Part shown: positions 25,836 through 39,490 of the stretch, piece by piece
Layout of the letters: each line of letters begins with the position of its first letter
How positions within the stretch are numbered: position 1 is the first letter of the stretch
Assembly: GCA_951406725.2 (NCBI GenBank)
Contig: OX597816.1
Span: 131,440,001 to 131,504,000, forward strand
Length of the DNA stretch: 64,000 nt
Direction: 5' to 3'
DNA from: Octopus vulgaris
Lineage: Eukaryota
Position numbers and translations under genes: made by a program
Notes under the pieces: model-generated
Databases searched by the model: none
What the model saw: only the letters and a program-made list of their open reading frames with translations
Told to the model about the DNA's origin: nothing

Positions 25836-26460
25836 TCATCATTGTTATCATCATCATTGTTTAACATCCACTTTCCATGCTGGCATGGGTTGGACAGTTT
25901 TACATGGATCTGGCTAGGAGGGAGTTGTCCAGCCTCCAACTGTCTGTTGTTGCATGATTTCTATGGCTGCATGCCCTTCCTAATGCCAATAACTTGGCAG
26001 AGTCTGCTGGGTGCTTTTCACATGTCACCAGCATGGGTGCATTTATGCTGCACCAGCATGGGTGTGTTAATGCAGCACTAGCATGGGTGGTTTTTATGTG
26101 GCACCGGCACCAGAAAGGACAAGCCTATATGTGTGAAAGACAGTGATTTTGCTTAGCTTGATGCATCTTATCAAGTATAGCAAATCACATCTCCTGGTCC
26201 CTTGTCAATTTCTTCAGTGAGGCCCAGCATCTGAAGATCCTTTCTCATCACTTTGTCCCATGTCTTTCTGAATCTCCTTCCACAGGTACCCTCCACAATT
26301 AGAGCTTGGCACTTCTTTATGCAGCTGTCCTCATGCATCACATGACCAAACCAGCACAGTCTTCTCTCCTGCACACAACATCTAATGGCTCTTATACCCA
26401 GTTTTCCTCTTAAATCATTTACACACTGTCATGCATGCACCCTGACACTACCCATCTGCA
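25836..26460 (-). mobile_element. RTE LINE 3' fragment
   Basis: QERRLCWFGHVMHEDSCIKKC..GTCGRRFRKTWDKVMRKDL plus family 3' UTR and (GAT)n-like tail. Confidence 0.85.
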
Positions 26461-27319
26461 AGATGGGTAATGTCCCATCCACTGGATGAGCAATGTCAGT
26501 GTGCATGTATGAGAGAGTGTACAGTTTGTTATTCTCATTGTACACACAAAAATAGAGGAGAGTGCCCTGATTTGTTTCATGGTTCATTGACTACTCATTA
26601 GAGGACAAGTACCTCATCATTGCTCTGCCTACAAAAAGTACTTAAAGCAAGTAGCTTTCTAAATCAAACACAATCTAGTGTAAGATTTTTGTATCACTTG
26701 GAAATGTGAACTAGATAATGTTAGTAGTTTATGTCTTAATGAGCATGCTGAAAAGGATTAGCACCACTGAATTACACCACTCAGACATAATAATCAGTAA
26801 GGTATATACTGTTACTTATAGGAGGGTTAGAATAATGTGCATACAACTTTATTGAAAATTTAGAAATAAAATCACAAAATTAAATTTAGTTTTAACTAGG
26901 ATTTAAATTTAGTTAGTATATTACAAATCTGACACTTTCATCTGGTACATAGTGATATTAAATATCAAAGATAATTTATATTAGTACAGAACAGAGATTT
27001 GAGAATGAATTAAAATGATAAAACTGTGAACTAGCTTACATCATAACTCAGTCTATGTGCACTAAGCAAAACTTTCAGTATTCATTAAGCTAATGTGGGA
27101 TGGTGGCGGAACTTGAATGCTTTTGAACCACCATGCTTGCTGCACCCCTGAAATACAGTAAGCTATTGATGGTAACTTCATCAGTAGTCAACATTCTGGT
27201 TAAATAGTTTTGAACAATTACAATCAAATAATAATAGAGTAAACAGGAGGATAACTATTAAATATATTAGTATCACTCTCATTTTTTGACACATGTATAT
27301 GTCACTGCTTTTTACTGAG

Positions 27320-28944
27320 AAATTGAAAGGAACATATTATGAAAAGGCCCAACACTACAGTCAGCAGAAAATAATGAGAGACCTAAAATCCATGTTAATC
27401 CTATACAAAGAAGGGCTCATTGACAAAGAATATGACTATATGACCAATTTCAAAAGTAAAACCAGTCAATTCTATGGTATTCCCAAGATACACAAAAGTG
27501 AGAAAATAAGTAATGCATGCAAGATAGCCACAGACAATAATCAAAGTCCCTACTCCTAATGACCTCAAATTGAGACCTATAATAGCAGGTCCCGCATGCG
27601 AAACCCACCGCCTCAGTAACTTTTTAGATACCCTCTTAAAACCATTCCTCAAGCATGTCAAAAGCTATATAAGGGACGACCTGGATATGCTCAATCACCT
27701 TCCTAAAACAATAAACAAAACCATCCTACTAGTATCATTCAATGTTGTCAACCTCTATTCCAATATCCCCCACAACCTAGGAATAGAGGCAATTCAATTC
27801 TGGCATGAAAATAAAGAGAAACTTAAAGAATTCCAAGCACTTTTAAATGGACCTGACGTAAACATTCAATTTACGATGGAATATAGCCAGCAACAACTTC
27901 CCTTCCTCGACATCCTCATTAAGAAATCTAAGAGCGTAATAGAAACAGATATATACTATAAGCCTACGGACACCAAGCAATATCTACCATTCAAATCATG
28001 CCACCCCAGACACACCAGAATGAATATCTTCTTTCAACCTAGCAAAAAGGATATGTACTATAGTTTCTAATGTAAACACCAGAGACACACAACCACATGA
28101 ACTAAAAGATACACTCATCACCAGGAACTACCCGCCTTCACTAGGATATGTACTATAGTTTCTAATGTAAACACCAGAGACACACAACCACATGAACTAA
28201 AAGATACACTCATCACCAGGAACTACCCGCCTTCACTAATTGACATCTCCACACACAACCCTCTCAACAATGAAGCCTTCGACACCATCCTCCAAAACAT
28301 ACCCCTGCTAAAAAAGGACCACAGAATGAACTTAATCCTCCAAACATACCATCATAAAAAGCAAAAGACAACCCAAATCTATGAAAAGTTTCCTAACACA
28401 AGCCCAAATATGTACAACAACAACACAGAAGCTGTCAATAAAAAAATGCGGAAGGCTCAACTGTGGGATATGCGTCAATTTAATTGAGGGATCAGAGTTC
28501 TCCTTCAAACAGGGACAACATTTCACAGTGAAAAGCAACTTCATATGTACTTAGGAGAACCTTATATACGCACTAACCTGCTCTGGGTGTCAAGGACAAT
28601 ATATAGGCAAAACAAAAACAAGTCTAAGTAAAAGAATGGCTTTGCACAGATCCCAATTTTGGTTTACAAGACCAAAGTTTTGTATAAACTATTATAACGT
28701 GTATGATTATGAATAATTGTTTATTGTTAGGAATATATATATATGTGGTTTGTATTGTTTTATTAAAATTCCCCAAAACAGAAAAATAGCATTCAGCCAA
28801 CACATAGACATTTGCACCAATAACAAAAATCCAAGCTTCAGAATTTTTCCCCTCAACCAATTCAGGGACGATACAACCTGGAGCCAACGAATCAATAAAG
28901 AGACTCTCTTTATTACAAAATACAGACCCCTTTTGAATAAATGA
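27320..28944 (+). pseudogene. Penelope-like retroelement RT + GIY-YIG, internally deleted
   Basis: FYGIPKIHK, LRPIIAG, VSFNVVNLYSNIP, IQFTME..LPFLD..TDIYYKPT..HP; CGRLNCGIC, NLIYALTCSGCQGQYIGKT..R..LH; RT catalytic centre missing; stops and frameshifts. Confidence 0.9.
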
Positions 28945-29404
28945 CATATCCACCATGGCCTTAAAATAACACAAATACACATACAAATATAAAAAATGAT
29001 TCACTCAAGAGATTCTCAAGAATTCATTAAAAAACAGTCCCAATCACTGCTATAATCCATAACGAGCCAATTTTTAAGTCACTTGACTACTTAACACCTT
29101 ACTACTTTCATACTACCTACATTCCTTCTTATTCTCCCTTCTCTTTCTTCTTCTCCTTCTTCTTCTTCTTCCCTACCAAGACAATCTCATGATCGTGAGT
29201 GCAATGCCCTAACCACAAAGTCATGCACCCTCAGATATATATATATATATATACACACACACATATGCGCATATATATGTATGTATGTGTATGTATGTAT
29301 GTATACAGTACTCATACATACACATGTACACACACATACAAACATGCACACACACATGCATGCACACACACATGCATGCACACACACACATGCACACACA
29401 CACA

Positions 29405-29438
<34 letters not shown>

Positions 29439-29484
29439 TGTTGATTTTGAGTGGTTTTTTTCCATACATTAAACCTTTTAAGTG

Positions 29485-29790
29485 AAGGCATGTGGCCTAG
29501 TGGTTAGGGAATTTGGCTCATGATCATAAGGTTGTGAGTTCGATTCCTGGTGTGTTGTGTCCTTGAGCAACATACATTATTTCAAGTTACTCCAGTTCAC
29601 TCAGCTGATTAAAATGGGTTTCAAAGGTTCAATCTTGTCACATTCTGTGTCATACTGAATCTCCTTGAGAACTACATTAAAGGTACACGTGTTTGTGGAG
29701 TACTCAGCCACTTGCAAATTAATTTCATGAACAGATTGTTCCATTGGTCAAATCAACTGGAATATTTGTTGTAACCAATGGAGTGCCAGT
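29485..29790 (+). mobile_element. SINE family C variant
   Basis: aggcatgtggcctagtggttagg...gagttcgattcc...ttgtgtccttgagcaa. Confidence 0.75.
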
Positions 29791-29847
29791 TCAACCTTTT
29801 AAACTAAATACTTGTGATTTAATCAAGAAATATTTTAGGTTATTTTA

Positions 29848-30371
29848 TTGGGTTGTCCAGAAAGGAAAGAAAAAGGTCAATAAATACTTGCCATTATATT
29901 TTTAATCAACCAAATATGAACCATTTTGTTGCACAATGCATCTCCATCTTTCCTTTAACTTGAAAATACCCTCTTCCCAGAACTGAGGTGGTTTCATGGC
30001 AAAGAATTCATCAAGTTATCTTTTTACGTCATCCAAGGAATTGAAATTTTTACCATTAAGACTATTCTGCAGAGACCTGAATAAGTGGAAATCCGAAGGA
30101 GCAATATCTGGTGAATATGGAGGGTGCACCAATTTTTGTCTGGTTCCGAAATCATCAAGTGCCGAAAATGAACTTTCTTATCTTCCATTTTAAAGGGTTA
30201 CAGAATTAACACAGGTTATAGGAACATAAACCTTCTTCCATGAAAAGATAGCTTAAACTGTGCTCTAAATGGCTGTGTAGTCAAATCCTATTTTTATGAA
30301 CTCAACCATGTTCTAAAATAAGTCGAAAGGTAAGCAACTATAAATCGGCACAAACTTTCTGGACAACTCAA
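29848..30371 (-). mobile_element. Internally deleted mariner
   Basis: TIR ttgggttgtccagaaag / ctttctggacaactcaa with TA TSD; MEDKKVHFRHLM fused to HPPYSPDIAPSDFHLFRSLQNSL...ERWRCIVQQNGSY. Confidence 0.9.
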
Positions 30372-30499
30372 TACATTGTAAAGGAGTACTGTTCCATTGG
30401 TGAACAGTTCAAAATTATGAGTAAATTCTTTTTCAGTGTAAATGAGTTTTCATGTTTATGATATACTTTGAATGTGAGTATCATCATAATCCTTTTACA

Positions 30500-31000
30500 T
30501 TATATAACTCCACATAACTTTTTTATTTTATAGAGTTTTCGGAAAAGTTTTGAAAATTTGTGTTCTAAACACAGGAATTTATGTATGAAAAAAAAAATCT
30601 TTTGTTTTCAATTTTTAATCATCACTTCATAAATCATAAAATTTCTACTTGTTTTTGAATTTTTAAAATTTAAAATCAGACATTAAAATATTGGCAGTGT
30701 GGATTTTTTGTTTAAATCCCAGCAATGGACCATCCTAGGGTGCACCATCATTCCATCAAATGTATTTATGGGGAGAAAAATAGTGAAAAACATCAATACA
30801 TGACAAAATGACAAAGAAATGAGAAGCATATCAAATGGTTTGAGATGTGTTAAAAACAATGGCTAAATCACCTTTAAATCACACACACACACACATATAT
30901 TTTTTTGCATAATTGTATGAATTCCCATATATAGAAGATAAATTCATAAAAATTTTGTGAAAATTCTAAAGCATAAAAGAGTTACAATGGGTTATATGGG
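30500..31000. mobile_element. Old MITE-like element with diverged long TIRs
   Basis: atataactccacataacttttttattttatagagttttc vs reverse complement atataacccattgtaactcttttatgctttagaattttc. Confidence 0.45.
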
Positions 31001-31959
31001 GTTCTTAATCCAGAATCCTGCCCAGTTTTATTTTAGTTACTGTTCTCCTAAATTAACTGGGAGATCTTGTCTTGTGCTCTTGTGTTCTATTTTTAACTTG
31101 GTTTCTATGGTTGGATATCCTTCCCAAAACAAGTGACTTTAAAGACTATACAAGGTGCATTTTTTAATGATGTCACCATTAGAGAAAGTATCATGCTCTT
31201 ACCAAGACAAGATTAGAAGTTCCTCTTGACTCTAAGTTACCACTCCTTTGTTTCTAACCTCTTTACAGAATATACTCTAAGCATTTATTTTATCATAGCA
31301 ACAGTATTAATGAGGTTATCTTGTATCCAACAAGATGAAAGAATCCTTACTCTGCTATGTTTTCCCTGTTCATTCAGGGCAATGTGACCAATAGAGTGAA
31401 TAAAAGAGATAGAATGGAAGATAAACAAGAGTGAAAGGGAGAAAGAAGTTGGTATGATGAAGAAAGAGTGATTGGAGTGATAGTGTAGATGGGGAGGGAG
31501 AAATAGGAGAGGCATTGCTTAACGGGAGTAATGGATAGAGAGATAGCAATGGCAAGGTGAAACGATAGAAAGAGAGAGGGAGAGGGAGGGAGGGGGAGAG
31601 AGTGTGGGAGATAGAGTAAATGATGGATAGTCATAGGAACAGTCAATGAGCTGAGAGTGTGATGAATGTCAATAGCAAATAAGCTAGGGGAGAGTGAGTG
31701 ATGACTAGCAATACTGGAGGGGTAATGTTAACTGGTAAAAGACAGCTTGAATGATGAATAGTTGTGGAAACAGGAAATGTTAAGAAAGTGAAGGTTGCCT
31801 GTAAGGAGTAGCATGGGGAAGAAGGAGTGCTGGGAGGAGGATAAATGAAGTTGTGTATCTGATACTAATAGATATGATGAAATCTTTTGCTACTTGGGCA
31901 TGTGATCTTTTGCTATTCAGGATAGATGGGTAACACTGGAAGATGGTAAGTAAGTAAAC

Positions 31960-32015
<56 letters not shown>

Positions 32016-32134
32016 GGAGAGAGGGAGAGAGAGATAAGAGAGTTTGAGTAAACTAGTTTTTAAACCTTTTATTATGAAACATTAACAGTTGAATAACGAG
32101 GTTTATTGTTGAGCAATTTTTTTATATTATATGT

Positions 32135-32507
32135 TTTGGCATTATGCCATGCTTGAGAAGACCCATCAAGCCAAGTAAAATAACAGTCATGGTAAATATT
32201 GGCGTCATGCAAATGGCACCTGTGCCAGTGGGATGTAAAAGCACCCATTACACTCTTTGAGTGGCGGGCATCAGAAGAGCATCCAGCCAGAGAAACCGGG
32301 TCAAATTAGGCTGGAGTCTGGTGCAGTCTTCTAGCTTGCCAGCCCTGGTCAAACCATCCAATCCATGCCAGTTTCCGTCTACCAAATCCACCCACAAGGC
32401 TTTGGTCGGCCCGAGGCTATAGTAGAAGACACTTGTCCAAGGTGCCATGCAGTGGGACTGAACCGGAACCATGTGGTTCGTAAGTGAACCACTTACCACA
32501 CAGCCAC
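32135..32507. mobile_element. RTE 3' UTR (+) fused tail-to-tail to SINE A 5' half (-)
   Basis: gcttgagaagacccatcaagcc...ccatccaatccatgccag joined directly to tttccgtctaccaaatcc...accacacagcca. Confidence 0.75.
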
Positions 32508-32668
32508 ATAATTTTAATTTTATTTGAATTTAATTTTTATTTATTTGTGTTATGTGTCCCCACATGTGTTGGTGTTGTAAACTTTTTGTCAGCTCCTTAC
32601 AGGCAATAAAGAAACAATGTTTTTTTTTCAACATTTGAAGAGAAGTCTGTACCTTAGATTTTAATGAA

Positions 32669-34318
32669 ATGGCATCAGCATGTAGCGATTCTGACTTTGA
32701 AGGTTTTACTCTTGACGATATAGAGAATATAAATGAAAATGAGTTTATTTTGTCTTCTGACGAATCTCATATTGATATTAGTGAATATTCATCCAGACGA
32801 GGAAGATTTTGAGAATGAAAGTGATGAAAATGATATTGTAAACATGGCAACATGGGCAAAGATTACAACACCAATCACCATTCCTGATTTCAGAGAAAAC
32901 ACTGGTCCACAAAAGAAGTTACCTTCTGATGCTCAACCGTTGGACTATCTATTTTTAGTTTTACCAGAAAGTTTTTTTGAAAATGTTACGGAGGAAACAA
33001 ACAAATATGAGCAACATATAATTTCTATTCGCGGAAGAAACGATCCACTATGGCAGCGAACTTATACTGTGGAAATGAGTGTTTTATCACAATCAATATT
33101 ATGTTTGGTGTTAAACAGCTTCCTTGACTGTGGAACTAATGGAGTCCTGATATAAGGTATGGTGATCTGTATATCTCAAGTATAATGTTGAAGACGAGGC
33201 ATTTGAAAATATCGCAGTATTTACATTTAATTGATTCTGCTAATGCCCCCAGCAAAAACAACCCAAACTACGATCCCCTGCACAAAGTACATCCTGTAAT
33301 TGATTTACTCCTTAATAGTTATACCTGGGAAAAATCTCAGTATAACTGAAGCCATGATAGGCTATAAGGGCAGACTACATTTTTGGCATTACATGCTTGC
33401 CAAACCCACCAAATGGGGGATCGAAGTATGGGAAGTTTCTAATCAGACACTGGATATTGAGTAAACTTCAATGTTTACATATGTAAAAAATATAATGGAA
33501 ACAGACCATATGGATTGGGACATGATGTAGTATGGTCTCTTACTGAACCATTTCACCATCAGCACCGGTACCTCTGTTTTGACCATTTTTTTTTTCTTCA
33601 GTGGCTTTGGCAGAAAATCTTGCCCGTGTAAGTACTTACACGTGTAGTACTATTATGGGCAACTGTAAAGGTTTACCCCATGAAATGAAAACAAAATTTT
33701 TAAAAAATGGGGACATTTTACAAATGCAAAAGGAAAATTTATTAGCTACTGCTTTCAAAGACAAAAGACAGATTTTATTTCTGTTGACTAATGAACAACC
33801 TAGTGTTGGTGTTGAGGGAAAATCCCTAGTGAATATTTGTTATAACAAATATATGGATGGGGTTGATAAATCTGACCAATATTGGGCATATTACCCAGTT
33901 GGTCAACCTGGAAAGAAATGGTGGAGGTACATTTTGTGGTTTTTAGTTAATTTAACTATAGTAAGTTCATATATTGTACATGCAAAAAGCCACAGGGTAC
34001 CTCTGCCACCAAAGGACTATGACCATTTGAAATTTCGGGTTGACATTGCATGTCAGTCATGTGAGAGCTTTTCTTCTAAGAAGCACAGAACTGGGAGAAA
34101 AGCAAAATTAACTGAAGTGGATATCAACAGAGAAAATATTAACTTTCATAAAGTCGAAAAGGTAAATGGAAGAAAAATAGTTTGCAGACTGTGTTTGCTG
34201 CAAAAACAGAAGAACTGCAAAAGAGTATCAGATTGAGACTTTGTATATGTGTTCCTTTTGCAAAGTGACCTTGTGTAAAGGGTGCTTTGGGCAGTTTCAT
34301 GACAGAAATATGTCATAA
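32669..34318 (+). pseudogene. piggyBac (PGBD4-like) transposase pseudogene
   Basis: Acidic N-terminus, ETNKY, YDPLHKV, EAMIGYKGR..KPTKWGI, FDHFF, YNKYMDGVDKSDQ, KKWWRYILW, C-terminal CRLC...CSFCKVTLCKGCFGQFH; many frameshifts and stops. Confidence 0.9.
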
Positions 34319-35201
34319 CTATATTATTTTGTAACTATGTTGCTTTATCATATATTCCTTTTCATTTTATTATAAATAATTTGTGAAAGTGAGAAATATA
34401 TATTCATTTTCACTATGTCACACACCTGTATTCACCTTTGTCTCGCCTGTTAATGAGCTTTTTTAATTTGATGCATTTTGTTACGTAAATGAATTCATTA
34501 AATTGTATAAGAGTGCATAGCTAATGGTATATTGATGAGTAAAAGAGTTTTGTACTTTATTTTCAATGAAAATATTTGAATGAAATATAGACACAGAATA
34601 AAATCTTGTAATCACCTGTATTTTAATTAATTCAAATTAATGTAGCTCGTCTTGAAAAATGTAAAATTGTTGGCGGTTGACATCTGGGATGGTTTTAGTA
34701 GCAAATCAAACAGGTAAGATGAATTAAGAATATGAATTTTAGTGTTTATTCTTAATGTTATTGTTTTTACACCTGTTAATTAAATTTACCTGTCCATAAA
34801 AGTTAAATTTGATCAGAAAGATCAGCTAAAATTATGTAACTATAAACCACTGGCATATAAGCACCCATTTACAAAATCTCAAACCTGTATGTAGAAAATT
34901 AACAAAGCTACAAGCAAATATTGTGGACACCCCACTTGAACCTGAATAAATCAAAATTAATGTTAACAGATAAGCATTACATTTGACAAATTAATCTGAA
35001 CACTAAAGGGGTATGGATTTTCACAAGAGCAGTGCCAATTGCATGAAGCTTATTGCAACAGATGAGGAATAGGTAGGCAGTGCTGTATGTAGATCTATCA
35101 GCCATTACACTACAAGCTCCAAGAAAATAAAAAGGAAAATTGATCTCTTTATATTTCATTTGAAGCTAAAAAGGATTTTCTTCCAGCTGCACAAGGGTTA
35201 A
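34319..35201 (+). mobile_element. 3' non-coding arm and right end of the piggyBac element
   Basis: Terminates ...gcacaaggg|TTAA (35198-35201); matching left end not found. Confidence 0.55.
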
Positions 35202-35290
35202 CATGTTTGTTCATTCAGCAGAAGTTATATGATTTAAGTCTTATTTATTTTTTCTTTGTATTTTCATTTGATACTATATGTTTGTTCTTA

Positions 35291-35472
35291 ATATCAGTTG
35301 ATATATGTTTACACACTTTTATCAGGTGATATTCTATATTTATCCACAATATCAGTTAGTATATATATATTTACACAACTTTATTGGTTAATATTTTATG
35401 TTTACCCACTACGTAAGTTGATATTGTATTTGGACACATTTATCAGTTGATTTTGTATGGTTACATATCTTT
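35291..35472. repeat. Degenerate ~30-bp minisatellite, about 6 units
   Basis: atcagttgatat...tttacaca units. Confidence 0.6.
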
Positions 35473-36426
35473 ATTATTTATATAATAATTCAACTATTAA
35501 TATATAATTTCATTCATATGCTTTATGTATGCAAGGCTCGATCAATTGATCAAATGGTTGATCAATGAATCTACTGATCAATATATGTCAGTGTACATGT
35601 ATGTATGCGTATAAGGTAATATATATATATATATATTTATTTATACTTGGAAGAAGGTGAGGGAATTACAGTCATGGATTAAAAACAAAAACATCTCAGT
35701 GGGTATAAATACAAACCAAACACTCTGATTGATAAATACTGTTCTCTGTACATCTTAGCATGTGTGTAAGCAAATTCAAACACACATACACCATAAGGAA
35801 AGAAACATTATAAATGGAATATTTATGAATGCCAAATCTTCCAGCTCAAATATAACTGAGTTCAAATATAACTCACAACTCATCTGGGTGAAATAGGAAA
35901 TTACATAGGGAATTCATATCAAAATTTTGAAAAATGAACGGAAGCTTTTGACACAGAAAAGACAAGAACACTTTACTTGGGGAATTTGAAAGACTTGAGA
36001 CCAGTTAGTTAAATATAGGCATTCATTTTAATTCTATAGATGAAAACAATCAAGTTAGGTTAGCTTTTAGCTTCAGCAATGGTATAGAATGACAGTTCTT
36101 CTATTTGACAGTCTGTACAGTATTACAGGTAGCTTCTTAGGAAATTAAATGTTCAGATACATCAGGATATGTAAATAGCTCCTTCATATCACATTTATAG
36201 TCTTTCACTTAGAGTTGAGGTACATTGATAAATTGTTAATATAAATGAATGAAGATATTCATGTGTGGCACTAAAGTAAGGCATTAAAGTAAATCAAAGT
36301 GAAAGAAAGTGGGCAAAGGTCAAACTACATCTGAATGGTATGAGGCAAATCACAGTGATATAATTAGTATATTGTCTTATATAGATTTATATCTAATTAG
36401 AAAGTATCATTATAGGAAAACAGAGT

Positions 36427-37630
36427 ATGCTATGGACACATAAGAGGTGCAGCAATATCAAAGTAGGGCTAACTGGGAAGATAGTTTTTGTTTGTGGCAA
36501 ATGTTCGGGTGTTATAAACACTGAAAATGTGCAAAGAACAGCTTCTATCACATTCCAGGGAGAAAAACTACATGTAGTTGATAGCTTCTGTTACCTACAG
36601 GACCAAGTCAGTAGCGGGGTGGATGCTCTGAAAATGTAGCTGCTAGAATAAGAATAGCCTGGGCAAAGTTCAGAGAGCTCCTACCTCTGCTGGCGACAAA
36701 GGGCCTTTTGCTCAGAGTAATAGGTAGACTGTATGACGCATGTGTATGAACAGCCATGCTACATGGCTGTGAAACATGGGCTGTGACTGCTGAGGACATG
36801 CGTAAGCTTGCAAGGAATGAAACCAATATGCTCTGCTGGATGTGTAATGTTAGTGTGCATACACAACAGAGTGTAAGCACCCCGAGAGAAAAGTTGGATT
36901 TCAGAAGCATCAGGTGTAGTGTGCAAGAGAGACGTTTGCGTTGGTATGGTCATGTGTTGTGAATGAATGAGGAAAGCTGTGTGAAAACGTGTCACACCCT
37001 ATCAGTTGAGGAAAACCTGTGGAAGAGGTAGACCCAGGAAGACCTGAGATGAGGTGGTGAAGCATGACCTTCGAACATTAGGCCTTACTGAGGCGATGAC
37101 TAGTGACCGAGACCTTTGGAGATATGCTGTGCTTGAGTGAGACCATAGCCTGTGGCCTATGCCAGTGGGTGTAATCAGTTCACTTAAGAATACCCCTCAT
37201 TCATTGACCTATTGAGGCAAGTGAAATCAAAATCAAAATCAAAATTGCTGGCGTGGCCAATGACAGTACTGCCGATTGGCACTCGTGCCAGTGGAACGTT
37301 AAAAGTACATCTGAGCGTGGGGTGTAACCAGCCCACTTATGAGTACCTCTCATTCACTGGACAATAAACTTTGCTTGCGAAGACCTATTGAGGCAAGCAA
37401 AATTAAATCAAAATTGCTGATGTGGCTGATGACAGTACCGTCTGATTGGCATTTGTGCTGGTGGAACACTAAAAGCACATCCGAGCATGATTGTTGCCAG
37501 GGCCACGGATTGGCTCCCATGCCGGTGGCATGTAAAATGCACCATTCGAGCTTGATCGTTGCCAGTGTTACTTTACCGGCACATGTGCCTGTGGCAAATG
37601 AAAAATAACATTCGAGTGTAATCATGGTCA
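36427..37630 (+). mobile_element. RTE LINE 3' ORF remnant plus repetitive 3' UTR
   Basis: VVDSFCYL..ARIRIAWAKFRELLPLL..MLHGCETWAVT..RRLRWYGHVL..GRGRPRKT*DEVVKHDL. Confidence 0.9.
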
Positions 37631-37636
37631 GTGCAA

Positions 37637-38192
37637 CGTTGTGCCGCCATTCATCTTCCCCCACAGCCTCAAACTCAACACTGAGGCCTACATCAAGTGC
37701 CTGGAGGAGGTAGTGTTGCCCTAGGTCAAGAGGGTGGCTGCTGGAAGACATTATGTCTGGCAACAGGACTTTGCACCATACCACACAAGCAGGAGAACCC
37801 AGTCATAGCTGTCAGACAATTTCTGCAATCACATCACTCCTAACGTCTGACCACCAAACTCCCCAGACTGCAACCCTCTTGATTATTATGCGTGGGGTGC
37901 AGTTGAGTGAGAGACCAACAAAACTCCTTGTAACACCAAAGATGAACTGAAGGCAAGGATTATGGCAGATTTCACCAGCTTAAACAAAGAGACCATCCAG
38001 AAGAGTTGCAGGAAATTCTAAAGTCGTCTGGAGGCCATGGTTGAAGCCAATGGCGATTTTATTGAATAAATTTACTCTTTAGTATTTCAAGTTATTTTTA
38101 TGCAGTTTTGATAAATATGTCTGTTACAATGAGATGTCAGTATTATTTTCATTTTTGCATAACTTAGATGACAATATATTCACTGCACCCTG
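37637..38192 (+). pseudogene. DD37D (maT-like) Tc1/mariner 3' fragment
   Basis: WQQD-37 residues-D (..PPNSPDCNPLDYYAWG), RLEAMVEANGDFIE*; end caccctg|TA. Confidence 0.85.
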
Positions 38193-38324
38193 TATATATA
38201 CACGCACACACACACACATACACACACACACGCACACACACTTATATGTGTGTGCATGTGTATATATATAAATCTACATATATATATATATGTATATATA
38301 CACACACACACACACATGTATAAA

Positions 38325-39420
38325 CTAGAAGTAGTTGATAGTTTCCGCTAAGGTAAATTTTAGTAGTGGAGGTGGATGCACAGAGAGTATCACCACTAGA
38401 ATACGAATAGCCTGGGCAAAGTTCAGAAAGCTTCTACCCCTACTGGCGACAAAGGGTCTCTCGCTCAGAGCGAAAGGTAGATTGTATGATGCATGTGTGC
38501 GAACTGCCATGCTTCACGGTAGTGAAACATGGGCTGTGACTGCAGAGGACATGCATAGACTTGAAAGAAATTAAGCTAGCATGATCCGCTGGATGTGTAA
38601 TGTCAGTGTGCATGCATGACAGAGTGTAAGCACCCTAAGAGAAATGCTGGATATAAGAAGCATCAGATGTGGTGTGCAAGAGCGACGCTTGCGATGGTAT
38701 GGTCATGTACTGCGGATGGATGAGGAGAGATGTGTGAAGAAGTGCCACTCCCAAACAGTTGAAGATATCAGGGGCAGAGGTAGACCCAGGAATACATGGG
38801 ATGAGGTAGTCAAGCATGACCTCAGAGCGTTGGGCCTCACTGAGGCAATGGCAAAGGACCGAGATCTTGGAGATATGCTGTGACTGCTAAAGACCCGGGC
38901 TGCTTCCTGCATCAGTTCTGCATGCCCCTGCCCATTCAAAGTACCCTGGATCCCAGAACATCCTGCTGTGCTTGAGGAGGCCTGTTGAGTCAAGTACATG
39001 AACATGAACGTCGAAATAAATATCAATGGAAATAGTAGTTGTGATGCCTGTGCCGGTGGCACATAAAAAGCACTATAAACATGGCCGATGCAGCGCCATT
39101 CCGACTGGCTTCTGTGCCGGTGGCACAAAGACCATCCGATGTTGCCAGCACCGCCTTTGCTGGCTTCCGTGCCACTGGCATGTTAAAAGCTCCAAATTGT
39201 GGCCAATGCCGGACCCCTCTGTGACTCTGTCTACGTAAAAAGCACCTGACTACACTCACGGAGTGGTTGGCGTTAGAAAGGGCATCCAGCCGTAGAAACT
39301 CTGCCAGATCAGACTGGAGCCTGGAGCAGTCCCTGGCTTCCCAGACCCCGGTCGAACCGTCCAACCCGTGCTAGCACGGAAAACGGACGTTAAACGATGA
39401 TGATGATGATGATGATGATG
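38325..39420 (+). mobile_element. 5'-truncated RTE LINE with complete 3' UTR and (GAT)n tail
   Basis: SSGGGCTESITTRIRIAWAKFRKLLPLL..RRLRWYGHVLRMDEERCVKKC..; tail aaacgatgatgatg. Confidence 0.9.
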
Positions 39421-39490
39421 TATATATACACACACACACACATGTATATCACAGTGTGTCCCATCAGTAAGGTAATATTTTAATATGTTA

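Noticed and set aside
32733-34236. Domesticated PGBD gene
   Set aside because: Multiple stops and frameshifts and altered catalytic-region residues
37255-37620. CRISPR-like repeat-spacer appearance
   Set aside because: Repeats are degenerate, spacers are related to each other, it is an RTE 3' UTR in eukaryotic DNA, and there are no cas genes
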